In this document: positions 7,690 through 17,532 of the stretch, piece by piece
Layout of the letters: each line of letters starts with the position of its first letter
Position numbering within the stretch: position 1 is the first letter of the stretch
Origin: an uncultured Nitrospiraceae bacterium
GTDB taxonomy: Bacteria > Nitrospirota > Thermodesulfovibrionia > Thermodesulfovibrionales > Dissulfurispiraceae
Reading direction: 5' to 3'
Length of the DNA: 20,222 bases
Assembly (NCBI GenBank): GCA_947085205.1
Contig: CAMTVO010000042.1
Location: 1 to 20,222, forward strand
Notes under the pieces: generated by a model
Told to the model about the DNA's origin: nothing
Seen by the model: only the letters and a program-made list of their open reading frames with translations
Databases searched by the model: none
Made by a program: the position numbers and the translations under genes

Positions 7690-8115
7690 TTACGGCTTCA
7701 TTCCCGTCTGCATATACCACGGAGACTCTTCCGGCTTCTGGAAGCCGCAGAGCTTATAAATGTAATCGCTCACCTGTTCTGCGGTAAAAGGCCTGATAAG
7801 AACTCCGCTTACTATCTTGGACTGGATAATGCTTACAATCTCCTCCTTTGTAGTCCCTGAAGATGCTATGATAAGGATTTTCAGAGATGGCTTGTCGTTC
7901 TTTATCTCCTTTGCAAATTCGAGAGTAGATTCGTTACCAATAACCGAATCAAGGATTACAGAACAACAGTTTTTGACATCTCCAAGAACCATGCCGAGCT
8001 GTTTTGTTGTATCGAAATACCTTACGCTTATCATTTTTTCGAATTCCCTCAATGCCCAGCTTATCGGATGGACGATATCCTTTTTTACGCACACCAATAC
8101 AGATTTTTTTGCCAT
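7690..8115 (-). CDS. Atypical stand-alone receiver (CheY-like) domain protein
   Basis: Alternating beta/alpha pattern with VILD, LEFAKEIK...P.LKILII, GVLIRPFT.EQV. Acidic pair after beta1 absent and KP replaced by RP. Confidence 0.65.
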   Translation of the reverse strand: MAKKSVLVCVKKDIVHPISWALREFEKMISVRYFDTTKQLGMVLGDVKNCCSVILDSVIGNESTLEFAKEIKNDKPSLKILIIASSGTTKEEIVSIIQSKIVSGVLIRPFTAEQVSDYIYKLCGFQKPEESPWYMQTGMKP

Positions 8116-8124
8116 AATATACCT

Positions 8125-8919
8125 CTAAAAAGAATGTTCTTTCCCCGGGAAGATGCCTTTTTCAACTTCTTCCTTATATTCTCTGACCGCCTTTAATGCG
8201 TCTTCTTTAAGATTTACATATCTCTTTACAAACTTGGGAACAAACCTCTCGAACAATCCGAGCGCATCATGCATTACCAATACCTGCCCGTCGCAATGAG
8301 GCCCTGCGCCTATACCGATAATCGGGATTGTCAATTCATCTGTTATCTTTGCCGCTAAATCCGCAGGTATCGCCTCAAGGACAATGGAAAAGGCGCCAGC
8401 GGCTTCCAGTATCTTTGCGTCCTCCATAAGCCTCTTCTGAGCATCCTCTGTTTTGCCCTGAACCCTGAACCCTCCCATCCTGTGTATTGCATGAGGAGTA
8501 AGCCCTATATGAGCCATCACAGGAATCTCAGACTTCGTCATCGCCTCGACCTGTTCGGCAACCTCTCTTCCGCCCTCAAGTTTAACCGCCTGAGCCCCGG
8601 CTTCCTTGATAAACCGCCCTGCGTTCCTCACTGCATCCTCAACGCTCACCTGATACGAAAGATAGGGCATATCGCCGATAACCATCGTATTTTTTGCAGC
8701 CCGCGAAACCATTTTTGTATGGTATAGCATCTCATCCATAGTTACAGGCAGGGTGTTTTCGAGACCCTGAACAACCATTGCGAGCGAATCTCCCACAAGG
8801 ATTGCGTCTATCCCCGCCTCATCAACAATCTGTGCAAATGGATAATCGTATGCAGTAAGCATAACAATTTTCTGTTTTTCCTGCTTCTTCTTTAAAAAAT
8901 CATTAATCGTAACTTTCAT
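8125..8919 (-). CDS. panB: 3-methyl-2-oxobutanoate hydroxymethyltransferase
   Basis: MLTAYD, ILVGDSL, GDMP, VKLEGG, HIGLTP, IGIGAG..CDGQVLV.HD. GGAGG RBS. Confidence 0.97.
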   Translation of the reverse strand: MKVTINDFLKKKQEKQKIVMLTAYDYPFAQIVDEAGIDAILVGDSLAMVVQGLENTLPVTMDEMLYHTKMVSRAAKNTMVIGDMPYLSYQVSVEDAVRNAGRFIKEAGAQAVKLEGGREVAEQVEAMTKSEIPVMAHIGLTPHAIHRMGGFRVQGKTEDAQKRLMEDAKILEAAGAFSIVLEAIPADLAAKITDELTIPIIGIGAGPHCDGQVLVMHDALGLFERFVPKFVKRYVNLKEDALKAVREYKEEVEKGIFPGKEHSF

Positions 8920-8949
8920 AAATCAGTCCTCCATACACATTCTGCCGAC

Positions 8950-9117
8950 AATAATAGGGTTGGGCTGACTTGAAGCAAAATTGCTGGGTTCTCTGAGGGG
9001 CAAAATAACGACTGCCCCTTAGTCCTGCACTAATAAAAACTTTTATATTCTGGTTTATCATTACATTAAGTATAAACGACTAATTAATTTTGCGAAAGTC
9101 AGCTTAACCTTGTTATT
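8950..9117. mobile_element. 168-bp MITE-like element or structured RNA between recJ and panB
   Basis: Imperfect terminal inverted repeats 8950-8982 / 9086-9117; inner hairpin 8993-9022. Confidence 0.55.
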
Positions 9118-10858
9118 AGGTCGATGGCCTTATTGCCTTCAAATTAAGCTGCAAATATCTTCCGCCGTCCCATTCATTTATTACCGGCAAAAAGGCAGCA
9201 TCAATCAATTCATTATCTGTAACGCTGCTTAAAAGGCCGCCGAAATCAAAACCAATGCTGTCTATCCTCCGGCCGCTCTGTCTTAAGCGCATCTTGAGAT
9301 GGTTCTTGCCGACAATCCTCGGCTGCACTACCTCGAGCCCTTTTGCTCCGAACAAAGGCTCTTCATTGCAGCAGCCGAAAGGCTCGAGCCCTGAGATTTC
9401 ATCTATTAGTCCAACGCTTATATCAGACATAGTAACGGCAGCATCAATATTCAAAACAGGAATAAAGTCATCATCCGAGAGTGTATTCATTACCACATCA
9501 GAAATCATCGCCCTGAATTTTTCTATATCCACGGATGAAAGAGCAAGCCCCGCTGCCTGTTTATGTCCTCCAAACCTTTTAAGAATGTCCTTGCATTGCG
9601 TAAGACCGTAATGAATATCAAACTGCGGTATGCTCCGTCCAGAGCCTTTGGCCATACCGTTTTCTATTGAGAGGATAAATGCAGGGCGGCAGTATTTTTC
9701 AGCAATCCTCGATGCAACAATGCCGACTACGCCGTGATGCCAGCCTTCCGATGCAATGACAATAGCGCCATCAAGCGTGCAGCGTGCAGCGTCAAGCGTA
9801 TTGAGCATCTCTAAAGCCTCTTGATAAACAGACCCCTCTATCTCTTGCCTTCTTTGATTTAAATCATTCAGCCATTTCGCAAGCTCCCCGGCCTCTGCTT
9901 CGGATTTCGTAGTCAAAAGCCTCACGACATCGGTTGCATCTGCCATCCTTCCTGCAGCATTAATCCTCGGTATAATGGAGTAATACAAAAAAGATGTCTT
10001 GAAAAAATCAGACCTTATTCCCGACACATCCTTCAGTGCCCTGATACCGGGACGCTGTCCCGACTGGACTAGTTTTATGCCCTCTTTGAGGATAATCCTG
10101 TTGTCTCCAATCACAGGAACTACATCGGCAGCGGTCCCGATTGCAGCGAGGTCAAAGAGCTCGTATATATCGTCAATATTGCTATCAAATAAGCCTTGAA
10201 TGAGTTTGAATGCCACGCCGGCTCCGGAAAGGATGGATTGGAGTGTTGGAGTATTGGAGTGTTGTATTTTAGGATTTATTATCGCCAGAGCATAAGGAAG
10301 TAAAAATTCATTGCTAACTCCTAACTCCTGACTCCTGACTCCTGACTGCCTTGTCGGTTCGTGATGGTCTGTAATGATTACATCTATACCTGCCGAATTA
10401 GCAATTGAAACAGCCTCAAATGATGTAATGCCGCAGTCAACAGTGATGATTAGCTTTGCGCCAACCGTCTTCGCCTTTTCTACTCCTTCACTGCCGAATC
10501 CGTAGCCGTGGGCAATCCTGTTGGGGATAAAATAGTGAACATCTATGCCGATTTTCTTGAGACCCTCGACCATTATTGCGGTCGCAGTAATCCCGTCTGC
10601 ATCATAATCTCCATGGACAAAGACCCTCTCTCCTAATCTTTTAGCCTCCTTGATTCTATTTATTGCGATTTTGATATGAGGCAGTTCAAATGGGTCGGAG
10701 AGTTTATTTACGGCAGGACTAAGAAAAGATTCTATTTGCTCCGACGTCTTTATCCCCCTGTTTATCAATACCTGCGCAAACACAGGGGATATAGAAGCCG
10801 CTTTAGAAAGATATTCTACATATTCAGGATTAGTTTTATTTACCACCCATTTTTTCAC
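9116..10858 (-). CDS. recJ: Single-stranded-DNA-specific exonuclease RecJ
   Basis: HGDYDADG, ITVDCG, TDHH, GTAADVV, PRINAAGR, GSGRS, FGGHKQAAG, LEPFG. GTG start. Confidence 0.97.
   Translation of the reverse strand: MKKWVVNKTNPEYVEYLSKAASISPVFAQVLINRGIKTSEQIESFLSPAVNKLSDPFELPHIKIAINRIKEAKRLGERVFVHGDYDADGITATAIMVEGLKKIGIDVHYFIPNRIAHGYGFGSEGVEKAKTVGAKLIITVDCGITSFEAVSIANSAGIDVIITDHHEPTRQSGVRSQELGVSNEFLLPYALAIINPKIQHSNTPTLQSILSGAGVAFKLIQGLFDSNIDDIYELFDLAAIGTAADVVPVIGDNRIILKEGIKLVQSGQRPGIRALKDVSGIRSDFFKTSFLYYSIIPRINAAGRMADATDVVRLLTTKSEAEAGELAKWLNDLNQRRQEIEGSVYQEALEMLNTLDAARCTLDGAIVIASEGWHHGVVGIVASRIAEKYCRPAFILSIENGMAKGSGRSIPQFDIHYGLTQCKDILKRFGGHKQAAGLALSSVDIEKFRAMISDVVMNTLSDDDFIPVLNIDAAVTMSDISVGLIDEISGLEPFGCCNEEPLFGAKGLEVVQPRIVGKNHLKMRLRQSGRRIDSIGFDFGGLLSSVTDNELIDAAFLPVINEWDGGRYLQLNLKAIRPST
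9771..9799. repeat. Heptamer tandem repeat x4 inside recJ
   Basis: tcaagcg tgcagcg tgcagcg tcaagcg; encodes TLDAARCTLD. Confidence 0.85.
10237..10264. repeat. Octamer tandem repeat (RTTGGAGT)x3.5 inside recJ
   Basis: attggagt gttggagt attggagt gttg; encodes QHSNTPTLQ. Confidence 0.85.
10314..10348. repeat. Heptamer tandem repeat (CTRACTC)x5 inside recJ
   Basis: ctaactc ctaactc ctgactc ctgactc ctgactg; encodes QSGVRSQELGVS just after the DHH motif. Confidence 0.92.
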
Positions 10859-10862
10859 ACTT

Positions 10863-11771
10863 TTACTTTTTGCTTCCTGCTTTCATGCCTAACAGCACAA
10901 CAACAGGGCTTGCCACAAAAATAGAAGAATATGAGCCTATGGCAATACCCATTAACATGGCAAGGGCAAAGTCGTGTATAACCTCTCCGCCAAAGAGAAA
11001 CAGCGCGAGGGCAGCTAAAAAGGTGGTGAATGATGTTATGATTGTTCTTGATAGAACCTCATTAATACTCCTGTTTATAACAGTTTCTATCGGCTCTTTA
11101 ACCATCTTTTTTATATTTTCCCTTATCCTGTCGAACACCACAACCGTGTCTGTAAGGGAATATCCAGCTATGGCAAGCAGTGCGCTTAAAAGAATGAGGT
11201 TTATCTCCTTGTCCATTATATAAAAGATTCCGAGGACAGCAAGGACATCGTGAAATGTAGCAATGGTGGCTCCCACTCCAAACCTGAACTGAAACCTCCA
11301 GCCCACATATATCAGCAGCCCTGCAATAGCCATAGATACAGCCCATATTGCATCCTGTCTCAACCTTGAGCTAACCTTTGGGCCTATCTCTGTGGTGGAG
11401 TCAATTACAGGTCTTTTATCGGAAAATTTTTGAGAAAGTATCCGGATTATTTTTTCAGAAAAGCCGCCCAGTTTCTCCTCCTGTTTTTTTACCCTTATAA
11501 GGATTTTATTTTCTGCCGGCAAATCCTGAAGGTCAAAATCCTTGAGTCCCCCTTCATCAATGGTCTTTCTCACTTCATGGAGGGACACAGGACTCTCAAA
11601 CTTAATCTGAACCGATGTGCCGCCTGTAAAATCTACGCCAAGATTTGCTTTGCCGAGCGCTATCTGAATTAATGCCACTATGCCGAGTATTGACAATATA
11701 CCTGTAACGATAAAGGCATATTTCCTTTTGCCCATGAAATCTATATTTGTATTTTTCAGAAGCTCTATCAT
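10863..11771 (-). CDS. secF: Protein translocase subunit SecF
   Basis: [41 protein letters not shown]. Overlaps secD by 4 bp. Confidence 0.97.
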   Translation of the reverse strand: MIELLKNTNIDFMGKRKYAFIVTGILSILGIVALIQIALGKANLGVDFTGGTSVQIKFESPVSLHEVRKTIDEGGLKDFDLQDLPAENKILIRVKKQEEKLGGFSEKIIRILSQKFSDKRPVIDSTTEIGPKVSSRLRQDAIWAVSMAIAGLLIYVGWRFQFRFGVGATIATFHDVLAVLGIFYIMDKEINLILLSALLAIAGYSLTDTVVVFDRIRENIKKMVKEPIETVINRSINEVLSRTIITSFTTFLAALALFLFGGEVIHDFALAMLMGIAIGSYSSIFVASPVVVLLGMKAGSKK

Positions 11772-13390
11772 ATGCTCAACCCCTTGACCTCTTTTTTGGA
11801 ATGCATGATATCGAAGACAGTCTTAGTGCCTATGAGCGCTGTGAAGAGATTTATTGCGACAGCAAGGCTCAATGTAACCGCAAAACCCTTTATGGGACCT
11901 GTTCCGAACTGGAATAATACTGCAGCAGTTATAAGGATTGTCACATGGGAGTCAAAAATTGTCCAGAAAGCCTTTTTGTATCCTCCCTCGACAGCAGCTT
12001 TCGGAGTCTTGCCTGCCCTCAGCTCTTCCCTCATCCTTTCAAACATGAGGACATTGGAGTCAACAGCCATACCGATCGCAAGGATTATTCCAGCTATGCC
12101 GGGCATTGTGAGTGTTGCATTGAGAGCTGCCATTGCGCCTAATAGAAGTATTATATTTAAGAGCAAGGCAAAATCCGCTATGATGCCCGACAGTCTGTAA
12201 TAGAAAATCATGAATGCAACAACAAGGATAGTCCCTATTATCCCCGCCATCTTGCCTGCCTCAATGGAATCGCTTCCGAGGGATGGGCCGACCGTTACAT
12301 TCTGAAGCATATTGACAGGAGCCGGCAGTGAACCTGCCCTCAATACTATCGCAAGGTCTTTAACCTCTTCCAGTGTAAAGTTTCCTGTTATCTGGGCGTC
12401 TCCTCCGCTTATCCTTTCCTGTATCACAGGGGCTGAATAAACATTTCCGTCAAGGATTATGGCAAGCCTCTTTTTCACATTCTGTGCCGTTATATCCTCG
12501 AATATCTTTGCGCCTGCGGGATTAAACTTAATGGAAACATACGGCTCATTGAACCGGGTATCAATACTTACCCTCGCCTCTGTCAAAAGGTCGCCTGTAA
12601 GTAATACCTTCTCTTTAAGAAGGACAGGTCTTTTTGTAACAACGCCTGTCTCTTTGTTTACGACCTTCTGGAAGAGTATCTCGGCCCCTTCGGGAATTTT
12701 ATCTTTAAATCTCTCAAAAAACTGCGCATCTTCTCCCGGCATAATGGAAGCAGGCAGTTCTGCAGCTAATGGAGATACGTCATCAGCAAGCTTGAATTCC
12801 AGAATGGCCGTTTTACCTATTATCTCAACCGCCCTTTTCGGATCCTTTACTCCGGGCAACTGCACGACAATTTCATTTTCCGCCTGCCTGTGTATTGTGG
12901 GCTCTGCAACACCGAACTGGTCTATCCTGTTCCTTATAATCTCAAGCACCTGGTCTGTCGACATGTCCTTTATCCTGCCGACCTCATCAGCAGAAAGCTT
13001 GTATTTTATGACATCCTTGCTCTCAACGAGCGTCAATACAGGATAAGTGTCTTCTATAACCTTCCTGACATCCATATTGGCAGGGGTTATAACCACAAAG
13101 AGACCGTCCTTTTTTACGTTAGCCTGAATTTTTTTCCTCTCAAAAACTCCGACTAAAGAAGATGCAATTCTCTCTGTAGCGATATCGACAGCCTTGTCTC
13201 CTTCGACTTCAAAGACGAGATGCAACCCTCCCTGAAGGTCGAGTCCGAGGACTATTCCCTTGTTTGGCATGTTCTTCTTCCACCACTCAGGCATGCCCTG
13301 AAACAGCGGCGTGTTAGGCAAAAAAAAGACCGCAGCAACAACTACGGTCAGAGTTATAAGGATTATTCTCCAAAATACATCTTTCTTCAT
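11768..13390 (-). CDS. secD: Protein translocase subunit SecD
   Basis: [60 protein letters not shown]. Confidence 0.97.
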   Translation of the reverse strand: MKKDVFWRIILITLTVVVAAVFFLPNTPLFQGMPEWWKKNMPNKGIVLGLDLQGGLHLVFEVEGDKAVDIATERIASSLVGVFERKKIQANVKKDGLFVVITPANMDVRKVIEDTYPVLTLVESKDVIKYKLSADEVGRIKDMSTDQVLEIIRNRIDQFGVAEPTIHRQAENEIVVQLPGVKDPKRAVEIIGKTAILEFKLADDVSPLAAELPASIMPGEDAQFFERFKDKIPEGAEILFQKVVNKETGVVTKRPVLLKEKVLLTGDLLTEARVSIDTRFNEPYVSIKFNPAGAKIFEDITAQNVKKRLAIILDGNVYSAPVIQERISGGDAQITGNFTLEEVKDLAIVLRAGSLPAPVNMLQNVTVGPSLGSDSIEAGKMAGIIGTILVVAFMIFYYRLSGIIADFALLLNIILLLGAMAALNATLTMPGIAGIILAIGMAVDSNVLMFERMREELRAGKTPKAAVEGGYKKAFWTIFDSHVTILITAAVLFQFGTGPIKGFAVTLSLAVAINLFTALIGTKTVFDIMHSKKEVKGLSI

Positions 13391-13408
13391 CTATTCTCCG
13401 ACCTCCGA

Positions 13409-13756
13409 TTAATCCTCGTCAGCGGTTGAGCGCACAGCAGCTATGTAGCCTTTCCCAAGCTTTATCTTTACATTGTCATCAACTTTTACTACAATTGTAT
13501 TGTTGCCGACGCTGTCAATTACCCCATAAACTCCACCTGCTGTTATTACTTTATCGCCTTTTTTCAGGTTTTCGAGCATCTGCCTGTGCTCTTTCGCCTT
13601 TTTTTGCTGCGGTCTTATAAGAAGGAAATAAAAGACCACAAAAATCAGTATCAATGGGAGCAGGCTCGCAATCATTCCCTGGGCTCCACCCGTCTGCCCC
13701 CCCTGGGGAGCACTCCCCATAGCATAAGCATCGGCAACTAAATTAAATAAAAACAT
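13409..13756 (-). CDS. yajC: Preprotein translocase subunit YajC (start revised to 13756)
   Basis: FYFLLIRPQQKK.K.H..M...LKKGDKVIT.GG.YG. GGAGGTG RBS just upstream of ATG at 13756. Confidence 0.95.
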   Translation of the reverse strand: MFLFNLVADAYAMGSAPQGGQTGGAQGMIASLLPLILIFVVFYFLLIRPQQKKAKEHRQMLENLKKGDKVITAGGVYGVIDSVGNNTIVVKVDDNVKIKLGKGYIAAVRSTADED

Positions 13757-13777
13757 TCGGCACCTCCATTTTTTAGT

Positions 13778-13870
13778 AAATAACCAATAATCAAGCACCA
13801 ATTTCCAGATAAATTCCAACTTGCCAAATTCAAAACTGTTTGGTGATTGTGATTTGGTTATTGGTTATTT
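13778..13870. repeat. Inverted pair of heptamer tracts (AATAACC / GGTTATT) in the yajC leader
   Basis: 13778-13794 pairs with 13854-13870 at 16/17; degenerate 7-nt periodicity continues inward. Confidence 0.8.
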
Positions 13871-13883
13871 TTGTTTGCTGTAT

Positions 13884-13912
13884 ATATTAACAGTCTTATA
13901 GAAAAATCTCAA
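13884..13912 (-). promoter_or_regulatory. Putative sigma70 promoter for yajC-secDF
   Basis: TTGAGA-17 nt-TAATAT with TGn extension on the minus strand. Confidence 0.45.
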
Positions 13913-14053
13913 GGACTACAGCAGGAAACTGCATTTTTTTTCAGGTTGGCAATTCACGGTTTGATCGCCGAGTTTATGGTTGTTCATCAAATATAGCATT
14001 TTCCGGAATGTCTGAAAGTTGCGAGGGATGGAAAGTTTTTGTTAAGCTTTAGC

Positions 14054-14830
14054 ATGCATCCTGTACTCATTGAAATAGGCCCCTTTGAGATAAGGTATTA
14101 CAGCCTTATGTACTTGCTTGCAATAACATCTGGCATATTTCTTTTAAGGCAAGAGATCACAAGGAAGGGTCTTGCCTTATCAAAGGATGATGTCATTAAC
14201 CTCGTTTTATTATCTATCTTTGGAGGCATTATCTGTGCGAGGCTTTACTATGTGGCATTCAACTGGGATTATTACGGCGTCCACATAAAGGAGATACCTG
14301 CCATATGGAAGGGTGGTCTTGCGAGCCACGGCGGATTTATAGGTGGTTTTATCGTTGCGTATCTCTATTTAAGGCATTACAGGGTTCCCATCTGGAAGAT
14401 AGGCGATTCAATACTGCCCCTCATAGTCATGGGGGAGGCATTTGTGAGATTTGGTAATTTCATGAATGGAGAGGCCCATGGCGTGCCCACAACCCTGCCG
14501 TGGGGCATAGTTTTTCCACAGGGAAGTCCAGCTGGCAATGAGTTTCCAAATACACCTGTACATCCCACTATGCTCTATCAACTCTTTTATAATCTGATGG
14601 CTTTCTCTGTTGTCTGGTTCGGACTCAGGAAAAAGGAGTACAAAGACGGCTTTGTAGCAGCAGTCACTGTTATTATCTATTCCATCGGCAGGTTCTTCAT
14701 AGAGGGTCTAAGGGCAGACAGCCTTTATTTAGGGCCATTCAGGATTGCCCAGATAATGAGCATGGCGCTTATTTCAGCCATGATCTATATAATTCTTTCC
14801 AGAAGGCTCTGGGTTAAAGTAGTTATATAG
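14054..14830 (+). CDS. lgt: Prolipoprotein diacylglyceryl transferase
   Basis: MHP....GP..IR.Y, ARL.YV, W.GGLASHGG, RFGNFMNGE, HPTMLY, GRFFIE..R. Start placed at ATG 14054; TTG 14039 is the alternative. Confidence 0.95.
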   Translation: MHPVLIEIGPFEIRYYSLMYLLAITSGIFLLRQEITRKGLALSKDDVINLVLLSIFGGIICARLYYVAFNWDYYGVHIKEIPAIWKGGLASHGGFIGGFIVAYLYLRHYRVPIWKIGDSILPLIVMGEAFVRFGNFMNGEAHGVPTTLPWGIVFPQGSPAGNEFPNTPVHPTMLYQLFYNLMAFSVVWFGLRKKEYKDGFVAAVTVIIYSIGRFFIEGLRADSLYLGPFRIAQIMSMALISAMIYIILSRRLWVKVVI

Positions 14831-14874
14831 AGCGACAACATAGTTAATTAGTGCGACAGAGCGGCAACTTTGTT

Positions 14875-14943
14875 GTCATTCCCCGACCACCTCCCCCTCC
14901 CCCTGATCAAGTCAGAGGGCATGGATCAAGTCAGAGGGCATGG
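14875..14943. repeat. Degenerate GTCATT-tagged repeat containing a self-nested 25-bp unit
   Basis: GTCATTCCCCGAC...CCCCCT-CCCCCT-GATCAAGTCAGAGGGCATG-GATCAAGTCAGAGGGCATG. Confidence 0.85.
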
Positions 14944-15016
14944 CCTTTATTGTATCCGGCGGAGTTACAGGGATAAAGTAACGACATTTTAAGTGCATAA
15001 GTTTTTAAAATAACAA

Positions 15017-15841
15017 TTAAAAATAGGAGAGATCCTTCAGGTAATTTCTGAACAGTTCCAGCCCCTTTTTATGCTCGCCTGTAAAATCATAGTCAATCAT
15101 GTTCCAGTAAGAAATAATTTCTTTTTCTGACATAAACCCCTTCATCGGCGAATGTTTTGCGATTTCTGGAAGACTTTTAAGAGCAATCTCCTTTGCCCTG
15201 TCTAAATCCTGAATAAATTTATCTAAAAGTTCCCCTTGACCCCTGACCCCTGACCCTTGACCCTTGAAAAGTTCCCTTCTCGCAATCCAGAGTGCAAACA
15301 CAAAAGGCAGATTTGTGTTTTGATGCCATAGATCACCCAAATCATAAATTAATTCATTCTGACTGCTAACTGCCGACTGTTGACTTCTGTGTTTTAGAGC
15401 ATCGTCTCCTATCAAAAGAAATGCTTCGCCTTCTGAATTCTCCGGATCCTGTAAAATCTGTAATTTGCACTGGATCCAATAAAATTTTCTAAGAATAATA
15501 TCAAGCAGGGCAACAGATGTTTCTGACTGAAAAGATACATATATAGTGCCTCCATTCAATTCCTCAATCGGTATTTTGCTGAAAAGTAAGATACTGCCCA
15601 CAGGGCCTTTGGAGCTTATGGAGTGTCCATCAATTATTTGGTATAAAGATGGATTTTTGAGATACTCAATAGACGAAGAAGGGCTTATATCCAACTCGCC
15701 GTCTCTGAGCATTTTATTGAGCATGGAAGGCACGCCTTCTACAAACTCGTAAGGCGAGCAATCGCATTCCCTTTCAAGCATATAGAATATCGGGAAAAGA
15801 TTTGCATAAGGAATCTTACCTATTCTTAATTTTATATTCAT
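15017..15841 (-). CDS. mqnA: Chorismate dehydratase (futalosine menaquinone pathway)
   Basis: RIG.I.Y.N..P, GVPS.LN, SSIEY, GPVGSILLFS, SETS..L, LLIGDDAL, DLG.LW...T.LPFVFALW. Confidence 0.9.
   Translation of the reverse strand: MNIKLRIGKIPYANLFPIFYMLERECDCSPYEFVEGVPSMLNKMLRDGELDISPSSSIEYLKNPSLYQIIDGHSISSKGPVGSILLFSKIPIEELNGGTIYVSFQSETSVALLDIILRKFYWIQCKLQILQDPENSEGEAFLLIGDDALKHRSQQSAVSSQNELIYDLGDLWHQNTNLPFVFALWIARRELFKGQGSGVRGQGELLDKFIQDLDRAKEIALKSLPEIAKHSPMKGFMSEKEIISYWNMIDYDFTGEHKKGLELFRNYLKDLSYF
15233..15267. repeat. Heptamer tandem repeat (CCCYTGA)x5 inside mqnA
   Basis: cccttga cccctga cccctga cccttga cccttga; encodes KGQGSGVRGQG. Confidence 0.92.
15359..15386. repeat. Heptamer tandem repeat (CTGACTG-like)x4 inside mqnA
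   Basis: ctgactg ctaactg ccgactg ttgactt; encodes SQQSAVSSQ. Confidence 0.8.
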
Positions 15842-15873
15842 TCACATCTGTACAAGATAAATTAATAAAAATC

Positions 15874-16045
15874 AAGGCATATGGCTTAATTTTATGCAGC
15901 AAAAGCACGGGTTACTTCAACTCGGCTGAAGTCGGTAGCGGAAGCCGAGCAAAACAATTTGGTAAAAGCATTATGGTCAAATATATAATAATATACACTT
16001 GCACAAAGGTAATTTTTTTGCAAAGAAAATTGAGCCTTATGCCTT
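15874..16045. mobile_element. 172-bp MITE-like element between rtcB and mqnA
   Basis: 20-bp terminal inverted repeats (15874-15893 / 16026-16045, 18/20 match); internal GC-rich hairpins at 15914-15949. Confidence 0.5.
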
Positions 16046-16074
16046 TACTGAAATTATATTGAACAGCAATGATT

Positions 16075-17520
16075 TCATCCCTTTATTACTCCCATCGGCC
16101 TCAGCCTTGCAACCTTTAAAGAAATTCCTGCGTTATGCACAACCTCAACCACATTCGAAACATCTTTATAAGCCTCTGACATCTCCTCTGCAAGCGTCTC
16201 CCTTCCCGCCGCCCTAACGATTATCCCTCTATCCTCCATCTCACGCCATATTGCGCGCCCCTTTGCCTGCCTAATGGCCTGATGACGGGACATCACCCTG
16301 CCTGCTCCGTGGCATGTAGAGCCGAGGGTCTCATTCATTGCCTTCTCTGTACCGATAAGAACAAAAGACGCCCTTCCCATGTCACCGGGTATGAGCACTG
16401 GCTGTCCTAAATTCCGGTAGACGGCAGGGAGTTCAGGATGACCGGGAGGAAATGCCCGTGTAGCGCCCTTTCGATGCACGACTAATTTCTTTTTCTTTCC
16501 AGCGACAATATGCTCCTCTATTTTTGCTATATTGTGGGCGACATCATAAATTAATGTCATGCCAAGCTCAATAGGCGAAGCCTTAAAAACCGACATAAAG
16601 ACCTCTCTTGTCCAGTGCATAAGGCACTGTCTGTTTGCCCATGCATAATTTGCAGCAGCCTTCATTGCTGCAAAATATTCCTGAGCCTCAGAGCTGTTAA
16701 AAGGCGCGCAGGCAAGCTCCCTGTCAGGCAGAACAATCCCGTATTTCTGAACAGCCCTGCTCATAACCTCAAGAAAATCTGTGCAAACCTGATGACCAAA
16801 ACCCCTTGAGCCTGAATGAATCATAACAGTAATCTGGCCTTTAAAAAGTCCAAGCACATTTGCCGCCCTTTCATCGAATATTTCATCAACATACTGTACT
16901 TCAAGAAAATGATTACCTGAGCCTAAAGTGCCCTGCTGCGCCCTTCCCCTTTCGTACGCCTTCCGGCTTATGATTAAAGGATCTGCGCCCTCAAGGCATC
17001 CTCCAGACTCGATTTTTTCGAGGTCTGATGCTTCGCCGAGACCTTTTTCAACAGCCCATCTCGCTCCCTTTACAAGGAGTTTTTCTTCGTCTTCAGGGCC
17101 TAGCCTTATCTTTCCCTTTGAGCCTACGCCGGAAGGTATTTCGTTGTAAAGCGCGTCTATCAATTCTTTGAGCCTTGGAACCAGCTTCTCTTTCTTGAGA
17201 TTGCTCCTTAAAAGCCTGACGCCGCAGTTTATGTCATAACCGACGCCTCCCGGAGATATTATCCCTTCTTTAATATCAAATGCAGCTACACCGCCTATCG
17301 GAAAGCCGTAGCCTGTATGTATGTCAGGCATTGCCATCGACGCTCCAATAATGCCCGGAAGCGTGGCCACATTTGCCACCTGCTCAATGGACTCTGACTC
17401 AAGCTCTTTTTCCAAGACATTATCGACATAAATAATACCGTTAGTCCTCATCCCCGGCTTATAGTCACTGGGCACTTCCAATCTGTTGGCATCTATCCTT
17501 TTAAGTCTTTCCACGGACAT
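16075..17520 (-). CDS. rtcB: RtcB RNA 3'-phosphate/5'-OH ligase
   Basis: MPDIHTGYGFPIGGV, PGGVGYDINCG, GTLGSGNHF, HSGSRG.GHQ, HN, HRKGATR, PGDMG, HGAGR. Confidence 0.97.
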   Translation of the reverse strand: MSVERLKRIDANRLEVPSDYKPGMRTNGIIYVDNVLEKELESESIEQVANVATLPGIIGASMAMPDIHTGYGFPIGGVAAFDIKEGIISPGGVGYDINCGVRLLRSNLKKEKLVPRLKELIDALYNEIPSGVGSKGKIRLGPEDEEKLLVKGARWAVEKGLGEASDLEKIESGGCLEGADPLIISRKAYERGRAQQGTLGSGNHFLEVQYVDEIFDERAANVLGLFKGQITVMIHSGSRGFGHQVCTDFLEVMSRAVQKYGIVLPDRELACAPFNSSEAQEYFAAMKAAANYAWANRQCLMHWTREVFMSVFKASPIELGMTLIYDVAHNIAKIEEHIVAGKKKKLVVHRKGATRAFPPGHPELPAVYRNLGQPVLIPGDMGRASFVLIGTEKAMNETLGSTCHGAGRVMSRHQAIRQAKGRAIWREMEDRGIIVRAAGRETLAEEMSEAYKDVSNVVEVVHNAGISLKVARLRPMGVIKG

Positions 17521-17532
17521 AATTCGCCTCCC

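Noticed and set aside
8920..9115. pan RNA motif or 6S RNA upstream of panB
   Set aside because: I could not see the short bulged-G hairpins of the pan motif on the coding strand. The fold is branched and favours the opposite strand. An Rfam scan would be needed.
13757..13819. N-terminal extension of YajC
   Set aside because: Derived from the heptamer tract; RBS GGAGGTG supports ATG 13756.
14834..14877. Terminator hairpin after lgt (GACAACATAGTT/AACTTTGTTGTC)
   Set aside because: 20-nt loop, AT-rich stem and no U-tract; not supportable as an intrinsic terminator.
15802..16217. ORFs 15802-16062 and 15999-16217
   Set aside because: They cross an inverted-repeat element and overlap mqnA or rtcB in antisense; no protein-like features.
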